DNA from: Paraphysomonas bandaiensis
Lineage: Eukaryota > Protista > Chrysophyceae
Direction: 5' to 3'
DNA length: 64,000 bases
Assembly (NCBI GenBank): GCA_965644295.1
Contig: CBFFRP010000431.1
Coordinates: 186,001-250,000 of the forward strand
The notes beneath the pieces are model-generated. The model searched no databases. It saw nothing but the letters and a program-made list of their open reading frames with translations, and was not told the DNA's origin. The position numbers were made by a program, and so were the translations under genes. Shown here piece after piece: positions 24,001 to 36,674 of the stretch; within the stretch, counting starts at the first letter, position 1; each line of letters starts with the position of its first letter.

Positions 24001-26084
24001 TGTCCGCCATGATCGCTCTTGGAATGGGTTATCCTCGGGGGTATACGGGGAGTTGAAAGTCCATGTAGCCCCTATTGATTGAAGATACTCTAAGACTTTT
24101 CTTGATACCAGCTCCTTCCCGCCATCCGCATGATAATGTTGTAGTCGTTTGCCTTTACTATATTATGTAGATACATAACAACTTTCTGGATGGATTGGAT
24201 GACGAAATCTTCATCTCTCGTTGGTCCGTAGGAGTCCCATTGGTGTCTGGAAGCTACATCTGTCATCCCGAGTATGTAACGGTTGCCAGTAATGATTGCC
24301 TCTGGTGCATGGGGTCCAGAAAAATCGGCTACTACTAGCTCCCCCAGCTCATTTGCTCTTCTTACACGCTTGAGCAGCATTTGTCTGATAGCGTGTCTAT
24401 GTTTTCGGCGATGAGATTTACCACTAGCACAACCATCACATAGGCCACCCGGTAAAGAAGTAGCATTCATCTCCGACTTCGTTAACTTAATACCCGTTAC
24501 TAATTTTGACTGTACAGCTTTCTGTATGAGTCCAATTGAAGAATGTGCCAATCTCTTATGTGCTAGAGTTGCGAGTGGGCCTGAAGCAGTTGAAGCAAGG
24601 TGGGATACGTCAATAGGAGTACCGAGGTCTGTTAACGGAATTTCATATAGGCCTCCAACTCTCTTACCCTTTGATAGCAGTATTTCATCTTTATATATCT
24701 CAACTGATTGGTTTCCGAACAAGATTTTATACCCTAGGTCATCTAATTGGCTGATGGACACGAGTGTCCTTGAAGCATGGTCCACGTGCTTGCACTTGGG
24801 GATAATACCAAGTCTTCCATGTCCTGAAGAGGTCATAGTCGATCCTGACTTAGCTGTTTGAATGTCGGTGAGGCATTCCTCATAATTGGTGATGTATCCG
24901 GCTTCAGGTGTAATGGAGACTGTGCAGCCAGAATCAAGGGTTCCCATTCCGGCTTCTTGATCAAAAACGAAGTTTGTTTCGTCGTTTGTTGGATATCCGA
25001 CTCCTCCGAAGTCTCGTCCTTTCTGTTGTAGTGGACCACTGTCTTCATAATCTGCAAACTGGTCGGATTCGTCGTTTTCAGTGCTCTGGTGGGTCTGGAA
25101 TCTAACTTTTTTGAATTTCCTACTGGTTGATTTGTTTCCAGAGGAACTCTTCATTTGTTGGATCCTTTCCCATGAGTGTTTGCATTCTGAAGCGATGTGT
25201 CCTTTTCCATCGCATCGGAAACACTTAATGTCCTTGTCAGCTCTCTTGTCATGTTTCGGTTTATTGGAACGGTTTCTGAAAGATGTCCCCTTTTTGCGTT
25301 TAGAATTCACTTTATTTCGGGAAAATGGGGGTTTTGAGGCTGCAAGCTGAATACTGTCGGTTTTTGATTCTTCGTTGCTTGACAAGAGCATTCCAACAGA
25401 CGAGCTTCCTAATCCGCGTAGTCTGCGTATGAGTGTTTTGTAGTCATCGATAGGGTGCATCTGCAGGTTGATTGCCAGTTCACGATACGTCATATTTTCT
25501 TTGGATACCAGGCCTTGTCGAATGCGTGAGATGAGATCTTGGTCACTTATCCGATGACCATAATTAATCAGCTTGTTTCGGAGCTTTTCGACAGCGTCAA
25601 GAAAGTTGATTATCGACTGACCTTTTTTGATTTTTATGCTCTGAAACTGGCCAATCAGATCAGTGATGACGTCGTTAGTCGTTTTTTCTTTGAAGTGGTT
25701 GAGCAAGTCCGTCCAGGCGGTTTTACCGTCTCCATCGGGGACGTTCTCCAAAATCCCTTCAGCCTCTTCATTCTGACCAATGATAGAGCTTGCAATGACT
25801 GACCATAGGTAGTTATTACCTTCATCATAATATCGTTTCGCATCCTGATACTGTTCGAGTCGATACTGGTAGTCCTCGTCATCTGAGTTTTCTCCTGCTT
25901 CAGGCTCAATTGGATGATCGTTCTGTAGAGTATAAACGATCTTAGGCTTGCGATAGAACCATGCACGGCACTTCTTCTGCCACCTGGAGAAGTTCTTCGC
26001 ATCGAATTTTGGCATTGAGTCCTTTCGCTTGTCGGTTGTCGAATCCGAGTCGGTTGAGTCGTAACTTGTAACTTGAACTGACAT
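21085..26084 (-). CDS. Copia gag-pol polyprotein, frameshifted once in integrase (~24155)
   Basis: Zn knuckle CFRCDGKGHIASEC, protease LDSGCT, HHCC motif (HKRLAH..CDGC), integrase VADFSGP / HADGGKE / QERSWR, SH3 GYFMGY, RT YVDD and RNase H YCDSDWA. Confidence 0.93.
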
Positions 26085-26094
26085 CTCGCTACCA

Positions 26095-26359
26095 AATAAA
26101 GAATTGATCTTTATAATAGTAAAACAATGTTGTGATTATTAGAGTGTAAGTAATGAACACGATAGAGTGAAAATTATGAATAACAATATAGAACGTACTA
26201 TCATGCACAACGGAATAGTTAGAAGTGTAACTGATAATGACGACGTTATGATGACAATCACGTATCTTCGACAGATACTCTCTCTAATTCAGTTCATGGT
26301 TTATTTCATTGAATATTATAACTCACAGATACAATCATGTATTAAGCTGAATCCTAATA
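26095..26359 (-). repeat. 5' LTR
   Basis: Direct repeat of 20620-20884, immediately followed by the PBS. Confidence 0.96.
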
Positions 26360-26790
26360 TATAGCCTCACGTTGTAATAGCTTACGTTCAGCTAATTGTA
26401 TGACATATGTTAATGATACAGCTGATAGCGGGAATTTTACCCAACGTAGCTATAAATTCCCGAAGAGGATTTTTTTCGTTTTCTTTCAGTTTATTTCCCT
26501 TCGCCCTAAGATATAGATAGCGCATAGCTACTGAATAAAGGCTCCATTGGAATTATTTTATTAATTCTATTGGTTACATTCATTTCTGTTTCAATAGAGT
26601 GGAGGTGAGTGAAACAGATATCTAAACACAAATCACTTGCTACTGATTCTCAAATTCGGATATAAACACACACCCTATTGCTGCCTCGATACCTCATCCG
26701 AACAACTCAGCATTTCTAACTACCACAATACGTATATTTATTCCCAAAAACACAAAGACACAAGCCTATATGAAATATTACACCAACGTA

Positions 26791-29700
26791 TCATTCACTG
26801 TTTCTTCTTTTGATGGAATTTTGGATCTCCTTCACAGCTAGCACACCTAAATCGTCAAAGCAATCGTCCATTAAGTCTTGAGCGGATATCCCTATAGACA
26901 AGAATGGTTCTTGAGGATATTTCATAAGAACCCTCAGGTCTCCTGCCCCCTTTCGACTGCAGGCTTTTGAGGTATGAACAAGTCCAGCTTCAACGAGATG
27001 TTGACAGCTATCACAGACGCTGGCCATATCAGCGCGATCAATCCTCATCTGCTCCAGGTGTGTGTTCACCGCATCTTGCATCTGCTCCAGAGAAAAACAC
27101 TGGCCAATACCAAATTGTAAAACTAGGGCCACCAGGACGTTGCGGGAAGAAGAAGGAAGACCAGAAAACTGTCCACCCAGCTTCCTTGAAGCCCCTGAAC
27201 TATACTCCTTTTTGCACTGGTTCACGATCCGTATGTCAACAATGCTGCGGGTGGCCTCCTCAAACACAGCCGCCGTATCTACAACACCATACGTGTAATA
27301 AGGTGAAACGTAAAATAGAAGAAGTCTTACCCTCAGTACGCGCACATTTATCTTCCAGAGCTTGCACAGCCCTATCCAAACATGAGGCAGCGAGGGCCGT
27401 CATTGATCTTATATCCGCTGCATAAAATGTGTCAGATACTTATCCGGAAACACCACAATATTATAATCTACCATTATTGCTAACAGTCATAGCAATCATG
27501 CGCACTGCCTTTTCATCGAAGAGGCCATCTGTAAGACACTTGAGGATTCCTTCGATTGCAGTAGTACTGTAGACTTCAAACACGAACTCGGTGCTGTAGG
27601 AATACGAGTCTTCAAAGCTATTGGCCAGGCCGATCAGGATAAAGTTAGAGTGATCTGATTTGGCGGCTTGCAACAGTGTGGAGTGAAGGCTCTTTGATAT
27701 TGCATCCACCTCATCAATAACAATGATATGCATTTCGCTGAGCGAGCTCAGTCGCCGACTTTTGCTGGCGCTCCTGGGTGGTTGCTTAACAAGCTTATCA
27801 GTCAAAAAAGTCTTAGCTTGCTCTTCACTGGCACACTCCTCACCGAAGAGCTTCGCAAATTCTCTGAATCCATCTTGGTGGGTCTTACCGTTGGTCCATA
27901 TCATCGAGAAAGATGGAACCTCTCCGACCTCAGCGTCCTTTTGAAGAGCACGAAGAACATGTTTAGTTACCAGGGTCTTCCCCTGTCCAGATTGTCCCAT
28001 GACTCTTATAGAACCACCAGTTTTGTCTTCTAGATACTGAGCAATTGTCGTATGCATGTCCCTGTATTCTTCGTCACGACCACATACAGATGAGGGGAAG
28101 TGGGAGGGTTGGAGCTTAGTGCGCACACGTGCAATCACGTCTCCTAGCACCTCGGGCGAAGCGGGGACGCTCTCCTTAACCGGTAAGCTCACGTTTGTGC
28201 TATCAGTTCTCGTAAAACTGCAGGTACGTTTCACGGAGATATCTACAGTATTGTCAGGGGATTCTACCGCCTTGCGCTTTGAGGCAGAACGAGTTGTCGG
28301 CTTAGTCCCTGATCCCTCATTTTCAAAACTCTTTCGTCCACGGACAGAAGGAGATTGGCGAGGCGTTTTTTGACTACTGACAATAGATGATTGTTCTTCT
28401 GCGTCTTCATCTTCGTCAGAGGCATCTAATTCCTCCTGATTGCAGACAGTACTACCAAAAGGCATACTCGGTACATCATCCTCATACTCTAAGTCACTGA
28501 CCATACTTTCTCCGTCAAAGTTTTCAACGAACCCGTAGTGATTGTCGCTATTGTACAAGCTTTGTCGAGGAAGCTTAGTAGATACAAGGCCATCCTCGCA
28601 ACCATCTTGGGTTAGTTCCATGACATCACTCTCGTCGTGTTCTTCGGCAAGATAGTCATTATCGTCATCGAAGTCATCGTTGGGACGATACGTGGCTCGA
28701 TTTACAAGAGTGTCGAAATGCAATCCACGGGCCTGAAATTGACCCTTGATATAAGCAAGCACAGCTTCCTCGCCGACAAAATAATCTGATCCTTCCTTGA
28801 AGTCCCCAATGCTCTTCGTACTGATTCCCTCTGCCCCGGGACGGTAAAACACCTGATGTGCTCCAAGGTATTTATAGCTCCACTTAAAAGGAGTCAAAAC
28901 TCCCCATACCTCGCAGAAACGAGTGAGGTTGAGACGAGGTCGCCAGTGAGAAGCTGCTCTGACGAGGTCAGTAACTTCTCGGCTACACGATGGATCAAGA
29001 GGAGGAACTGGGTCGTTCGGTAGATCATTCAACACTTGACTTAGCGTCACAAAGTCAGATGAGTTGATCTCGTATTCTGCTGTCTTAGATGGAGCATCTC
29101 GGGGAATTTTGTTAGTGCTGCTAGATTTCGTAGTCTTGGCTTTCTTCTGACGGACAGGTCCAGTGGGGACGGGAAAAGAGCTGTCAACTGAACTTTTCGC
29201 TGGAACAGAGTTTTTTGCAGAACGGACACCGCGTGACGATGTATTAGAAATACTAGTAGACCTCCTTGAGCGCCCATTAGAAGAAAGCATTATTATCTCT
29301 TCATCACTGCACTGTTTATTCCCGAATCTCTGAAGGTAGTCGACAATACTTTCGTTTTCGATAAAGTAGTCACGGCACAACATCATCATACTCTGATCAT
29401 AGTTTCCTCCATTTTTGTGATACATTTCTACACCCCACGGTGGCAAAGTTACCAAGTCCCTGAGAGGCCAGTAGGGGGCTACCGTCTGCACGTGAAACTG
29501 CCATCCGAGGGGATCGAGGTACGGCAAGATCTGAGTAAATAAACTGGTGTCTCCGGGATCAATGAAAATTTTCTTGATTTCTCCCTCGGCCCCTTCATCT
29601 GACAAATGGGGGTAGGGATCTACCCAAGGCTCTTCTTGTTTCTGTTCCGCCTTGGTCGCTGCTGCAGCGCGCTTCTTTCCCACGCCCGCTGATGTTGAGG

Positions 29701-32700
29701 TGACAGAAGTGGAATCCTCTTCCTGCTTTTTGGATCGTGCGCGTGCTCTGCTAGTGACTGAAGCCAAAGAGGCAGATGCCACAGATTGTGTGTCCGTTGC
29801 AGTCGTGGCTCTCTCGCGCCCTCTAACCTTGCCACGCTGAGAGTCAATGAGTGCACGCTCCGACTTATGCACGCCGTACTGGCAGACGTACTGGACCACC
29901 TCATCAGCATCCGTGAAGTAGTCGTACATACGGACCATCTTCTCCCCGGATTGCATCTTATGTACTCCCCACGGCGACAAGATAACGTAGTCAACACCAT
30001 ACTCACTAAATTTGACCCGAACATGCTTCTTCCATCCCAATTTTTCAACTAGTAGATCCAGTACATCAGATTTGACATATTTAGCCTTGGCATTATTGTG
30101 AATATAGTTCAATATTTTGCCCTCAACACGATACGACTCCAAGACGTGACCTTCAGAATCCACCTCAGGAATAGGAACAAGAGGGAGAGCCCCGTTATGC
30201 TCCTTAAATTTATTTCCTTTGTCAGATTTCTTGTTGTACGATGCTTTATCTGCTGGTTTGTTGGCAAAAATCTAATATATTACACATCAGTACAATGAAA
30301 GTTCACGACGAAGGGAGTGTACCTGCAGGTACTTTACCACGCACTGCTGATGAAGAAAGTAGTCCTTGTTGCATACCATACGAGACCAGTCATCCAGGGA
30401 CAGGTCCTTGTCTGTCCACCCTGGCAAAACGGCCCGGTCAACACGAACATCACCAGTAAATGCGGTAATTGGCATGTTCACCACGCGCCATCCAGACGCC
30501 TGCAAAATTGGAAATACATCCTGGAAAATGTCCAGCGGTGTAGTATCCTTCGAATCTCGGTTCAGTATATGGGAAAGGGCATCTTCTCGGGTGTAATCCA
30601 CTCGCAGGGGAGATACTCCACCCTTCTCAATGTCAATGGGTAGAGCGTTGTGAAAGCTCGTGATATACTGTAAGGCATCGTCGAGACTCCAGAAAATGTC
30701 GAGTCCAGGTACTAAGCCTTCTATATACGATACAAATCATTCATATTCATTGAATAATACACAGTTACATACTATTTCGTTTGATCCGCAGGTCAACACC
30801 AGAGTAGTCCCAATTAGGCTGGTAGGATTTCTCAGTATGCCACCAATCCTTAGTATTCGTGTCGTTCACACCAACACGCCACTCGAGATCCTCAAATTTC
30901 TTCTCTAAGACTGGAACATCCTTCTCTGGGATGACAAAGCTAACACCCTTGTCGCCACAAGGGTGGCTCCAGTCACGACGTTCACACTTTTCAGCGTAGT
31001 CACACAAAAACTCTACAACACGTTCTTCTTTATTGAGATCTTCTTCCTCCTGGTCTGCAATATTATGCTCGGCAGGAAGCCTAGAATTATACAGGTCAGA
31101 AAACATGTTGCCCTAGATACAGAGAAAATCTCACGTAAACACTGTGCGCAATTTCATCAAGCTCTCTGTCGTGCCGGAGGCGATGGTGTCAGCGTAGAGG
31201 TACGCAGGGTCGGACCAAAGAAATGAACGCACTTGGGATAGAGATAGGCTTTTCAGTTCCTTCATTTCCGGGGTCACAAACAGGTGCCCCCTGGGGTAGC
31301 TGAACTTATTCCGGGCGGCATTGGATACCCACCCCTGTGTTTCAAGAGTCTCTACAAGTGCAGCATCCTCCTGCATGGCATAAGGATAGCGCAAGACGAA
31401 CTTGTGTAATGCTACACGAGAAAAAAACAAGTGCACGCCGCGATCCTCGTGATGGCTAATTCCGGCCTGAATGTCCCGCTTCAGTAGATATCCTTTCTCC
31501 GACACAGGAAAAAGATACTTGGCCCTTAAACTGTCTCCGATATACTCTTTTCGCCATCCAAGGGCGGAAAGTCGCGACCATATTGCAGCAAAGTCTTGTA
31601 TTATGCAAGGGTTACGCTTCATGTGTCTCACAAAGCTAGGACGGGAGGGGAAGTATTCAACATACTAAATGACGAAGATTACATTTACATGGACAACAAA
31701 GCAGTAATGGTGGTACCTCGATGCCCTTCCTGTATCTTCCATGCGGAATGATGTAGACCTGATTATCCTTTGTATTAAGTGTTGCATCATTTCCATATTC
31801 CATACGGAACCCCAACACTCTTCTCATATAGTCCCAGCAATCATCAAGTTTCTGACACATCCTGTGCGACATATAAGCTAAGAGGTGCAATACGGACATA
31901 TTGCGAAGACAACTACGGTTTGACAACGACACTTACTCTCTGTCTTCCTCTTTACACTTTGGAGGTGTGTGAGGTGGAGGCACATGCAGAATACCAGCAC
32001 TACAACTGTTACTGCTACTATTAGTGGAAAAGTTCGAGGATGAACGTGCCCGTTTAATGACCTCGACATCCGCCTATATTTGAAACAATAAAAAACAATA
32101 CTATCAATAAGACAATGCAATATAAAGTCTGCTACACATTTAAGTTCTTAAATAAAAGAAACATTGTCACCTCTTGTTGCTGCTCGTGTGTTTCAGCAAA
32201 CACGGCGAGGTTCTTTTCCCCAGCGCTAATTGCAGGGGGTACCTCTCCTTGGGAAGCTATATGAGGGGTCTTATATGGCGCACTTTTAGCAGATCGATCC
32301 TGTTGCTTGCGCTTTGCTCGTTGCTGCTCAACACTAACAGCAGGAGTAAATCCTTTGTTTGTCCCATTTTGCAATTGAGTTTGAAGAACTGCAGGAGCAT
32401 CTTCATTGCAACTGTGATACTCCTCGTCCTCATCATCCCAAATGCTACATAACTCAGACTTCACAAGAGATTTCACACTCCGAATATGAAAATATAAATC
32501 TTCCATACGAACAACTAATGTATGACCATCAATAACATCAGATGATGATGGAGATGTCTGATTATCTCTCCAATAGAAATGACATTGTCCTTGTTGGGGT
32601 TTAACTCTTGCCTATACATACATACATACATTGTAAGATCAACACTACATACATATATATACATACATCAGGAAACTCATAGAAGTTCTCTGGTCCATAT

Positions 32701-32801
32701 GTATCAATTAAATCTTTTGCTAATTCCCTATAATTAAAATAGGCATAGCCATCTTGATATACACCATTCTCTAACTTGCATATAGCAAGACACTTCTTCA
32801 T
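26791..32801 (-). CDS. Giant Cdc6/Orc1-like AAA+ ATPase with N-terminal tandem GW/DYF modules
   Basis: VCGRDEE, Walker A GQSGQGKT, Walker B IIVIDEVD, sensor 1 LIGLAN, sensor 2 ADIR and a winged-helix-like C-terminus. Upstream ORFs join through ~8 short introns from the ATG at 32801. Confidence 0.8.
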
Positions 32802-33521
32802 ATAAGTATCTTGTGATTTGATGAGTGTTATGGTTTAGTGTAATGTAGAGAGAGTTGTATATAATCAAGTGGTTATATATAGAAATATAGTAGTCTCTAA
32901 GAGTGGATCATAATCATGAAGTAGAGTATGCCAATGTGGTCGTTGCTCTGTGAGATACTCTGTATATATATATATCTGTAGAGGTGTGTATGTGTAGGTA
33001 GAAATATGAAGTGCTTTGAAATTCAAACATATTGAAAAGTAAATCTTCAAAAGTCAAAAGTGAAAAAAAAATAGCCCGCAGACCATGTACAGTATGTACG
33101 TATATGGGTAGGTAGGTATGTAGGTATACATAGTGTACTGCTGTACGTACTTTGTATTGTATATGTACAATGTATACCCCGGTCTACTCTGTATACAAAA
33201 ACAGTAATATTTTGACCAAAATTATGTTGTTTTTACAAAATTTACAATTGTACCACTCGATATCTACAGTATGAATACATACACTACATTTAGGAGATAT
33301 TCAAATATATATAAAAATATTGCCTTGTGACAAAATCAAAAATCGAATTCTGAATTCAAGATTTAAACATTGACATCTACACATACTCACATCATCTCTA
33401 TGGCACATCTTGTCCACATGACATATTCACACATTCTAAAACATCATTTTACTTCATAATTGATTCTATTCAATGTCTTCTAAAGTATAAAAGAAGGATA
33501 TTGAGTATCATATCATTCACA

Positions 33522-34773
33522 ATGGATTCAATCACTAATAAACGATCAAATCCTAAACTACAGTAAGATCCTTATATATATCCCCCTCTTATCATATAAT
33601 AATAATATACAGGACTGTACGAGAGTTATTACAACAATTACAAGCATTTATTATCAAGTGGAAAGCATACTATCGTTCAATGCATCCTAATGGAAAACCT
33701 AAGAGTGGAAACGTACCTCTCACTCTTGTTAAATACACAGATGATATATCACAAGAGCTGTGTGACTTCATTGGTATTTATATTTGTAGAAATAAAACTC
33801 GTCGATATTTTCTTGAGGGAGAATGTGGAATATCTTTTTTATATTCTGGGGAGAGTAGGCAAATGAATTTACAGTTCGAGGGGGATGGTATTGCACGGGA
33901 GTCTGACCTTGATTTTAGTAAGTTCCAAGAACCTCTCTTTGCTTTAGACCTGCCATGGGATGATGCGCTGAAAATAACACAGCGAAGCCCCAAGAATGAG
34001 GAGTGTTGCACTATATGCATGGAGGTGCGTTGCCGTTTTCTCTCGCCCACTTATCTAACAATTGCTGCTTTGTTCTATAGCATATTACCAATCGTGCTGG
34101 AACAGATTGCTGTACGCACTCCTTTTGTTTGGAGTGTATTATGCGGTGGTGTGATGTCACCAATACTTGCCCGATATGCAAGCGTGTGATATCGAGGTTG
34201 ACATGTGCTGGCCCTGTGAAAACCTCAGGACAGAAAAGGCGAAGAGGACAACGGGTATTTCCTATCAATGCTGGACGCAGAGAACGTAATGAAAATTCTG
34301 AGATTGAGCTTGGTGCAAATTATACCCGTGATCCTGAAGCACTATATGAGCTCTTTCATAACGACAGTGTGCTTGAGACTGTTCTTGCACAGCTGCATGG
34401 ACTGAACCATGGGCAAATGTATGACGCGGTGCGGTCGACCCTCTATCGTTCACTTCTAGATATTCAAGGCCTTGTACCAAATAGTTCAAGAACATGGAGG
34501 CTTTATAGGGGAGAGTGTATATGGTATGAACCCTATAGCTCTGGAATCTCGTCCGTAACTGATGGGGGTGCCACGGGCGTTTCTGACAGCTTAACTTTCC
34601 CATCCGAAGCATCTGACGATTTAGGTACTGCAACGGACAGCAGCATTACAGACAGTGATGTAACAGATACTGAAGATGGTGCAGTTGCCGATGAGTCTAC
34701 TTCCTCTGGTGTAGAACAGGGACGTGTTTCCACTCGACGTAGAAGGTCACCTAGGAGGTATCAGGCCGTGTGA
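33522..34773 (+). CDS. RING-HC finger protein (putative E3 ligase)
   Basis: Spliced CTICME|HITNRAGTDCCTHSFCLECIMRWCDVTNTCPICK; acidic, Ser-rich tail. Confidence 0.85.
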
Positions 34774-35619
34774 CAACTTCGTCGAGAGTATTCTGGTTTT
34801 TCTATTCCTTGAAAGTGTCGTCATGTTGTGGTGGAACGAAGGAGTATGCTCGGTATGAAAGGCTAGATATATTGATTCAAATGTTAGACTTGTAGAGTTA
34901 GTGAATAGTTGTGAGTTTCCTGTTTTGTGTTAGAATAGTTATCACTTCTTTTCTGTTTTATCGGCACTCAGACACGTGTCGCTGTTCGCCTGTTGATATT
35001 GTCAGCCACTAATCGTACCTTTCTAATAGAAGTAACTTAAATCCTTTTATAGTTGTTACAATAGACGTTCAACTAGGTAGTAATATATATATGCTGACCA
35101 CAAATATAAAACACGAGTAAGAGCGGTAAGTGGTATGTGGTAAGTAGAGTTGTTAACGGGATGTCGCTCAAAGATGGTAGCAGCGTCCTTATATAAAGGC
35201 TCCATGTAGCCTTATGATATCGACTGGCTGTACTAAAAGTCTGAATCGAAAAAATACTGATGTGTTGCACACCTTTTACCGTGTCATTAGGTGCTACCGA
35301 GAAATAGTAGTCAATGTAATCAAGTAGTACAGTAGTACTATAGTGCCCCTGCGCCACTGCCCACTGCATACAAATACCAGGGCTGCGTAACAATAAATAG
35401 GTTTACAATTAATTGCAATTATTGAATTTGGGACAGCAAATAATAAATTGGAATGTTTTTAATATCATTATTTCAGTGCTTATATTAGTTACTACACGTA
35501 ATCATAAGCGGTGCAAACTACATATAGCTAGTTAATAGTTAAAGGTTCAAAATTAGTGTAGAACCGTTAAAATGAGTTGATATGTTTCGGTGTGATGTAC
35601 AGTAGTGAATGTCTGATTA

Positions 35620-35705
35620 TTAGCAATAGGCGTGTAAGAGTCAGAACTAATTTAGCATTACGATTATCTAACTGGTGCTTAACTCTGATATCCTACTCTT
35701 TAACG
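35620..35705. repeat. Dispersed repeat; inverted homolog at ~45505-45600
   Basis: Shared TAAGAGTCAGAACTAATTTAGCAT and TTAACTCTGATATCCTACT blocks in opposite orientation. Confidence 0.7.
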
Positions 35706-35974
35706 TTGTTACGAAAATTGTGTACGCGTCACCGCAAGCAACAAGGTGCAACCGCTTCGCTCTATCACTCAAAGCAAACGCAGTGAACAAGCTGAATGTT
35801 GATATATATATATATATTACAGTTGCTAAATTCAGGATTTTTGAGTTCTGAAGGTGAACAGCCCGGATGCTTGACTACAGCATGCAGCCCAATACCCCGG
35901 ATGTCCTCAAGGTAGGCCCGTTCCCGGATGCTTGTTTATTTGCCAAGGCCCTAAGACGTCTACAAAAGTGACAC

Positions 35975-36137
35975 TACTCAGTGTCCCTTCTATCACACAA
36001 GCATTTGACTATGTGTGTGCAGAGCAATATCTGCTGACTATATATATATGTCGCTCACTTTAGTTACCCGGAGAAATATCTCCGGTACTTATCCCCTAGA
36101 ACACCACGAAAAGGTGCGAGTCCGACATTATTGAGGG
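35975..36137 (-). repeat. Dispersed ~160-bp structured repeat, copy B
   Basis: Homologous to 9015-9175. Lies next to three CCCGGATG motifs (35860-35930). Confidence 0.8.
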
Positions 36138-36674
36138 CTATTAAGCTCATTTATAATTAATACTGTTTTCAACTACTGTATTCGTCTATAATTTTAATGT
36201 TTTAATAACCTTAAAACACAGTATTTAATTACTTAATGATAAAAGATAAGAAGGTATCTTTTCAATTAAGGACGGTACAAAATATTTACAAAAAGTAAGC
36301 AGAAATCAATAAATGAAAGCGCAATTTGATGTCACAGAAATTCTTCTTACAGCGAAGTGAATACTAATGCGTTTACTCAGTGCAACCAATAGCTTCGACG
36401 AAATATATAGCATATTATATAGAAGCTTCTAATTATTACGACTTCTCATTGAAAAAAATACATCGCCAACATTAACGTGGGCAATTGTGTTTGGTATCAT
36501 ATCCAGAAAAAAATATAATAGTACAACTGACACAGTACTGTACATATCAGGATACACAGTAAACCCAATACGGGGCATCTATAGGAAACACTACAAAGTA
36601 ATAGTTTTAACGATTCATATGGTACATCTGAGATAGATGACTAAAAATAATTCAGCAAACACAAAAAAACGTAA

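Larger units (their letters stand above)
20620..26359 (-). mobile_element. Full-length Ty1/Copia LTR retrotransposon
   Basis: Identical 265-bp LTRs (20620-20884, 26095-26359) and 5-bp TSD TATAG. PBS TGGTAGCGAGA (26094-26084), PPT GAGGGGGCG (20893-20885). Domain order gag-PR-IN-RT-RH. Confidence 0.97.

Noticed and set aside
24140-24170. Programmed -1 ribosomal frameshift
   Set aside because: No X-XXY-YYZ slippery site, and the position is mid-integrase rather than at the gag/pol border.
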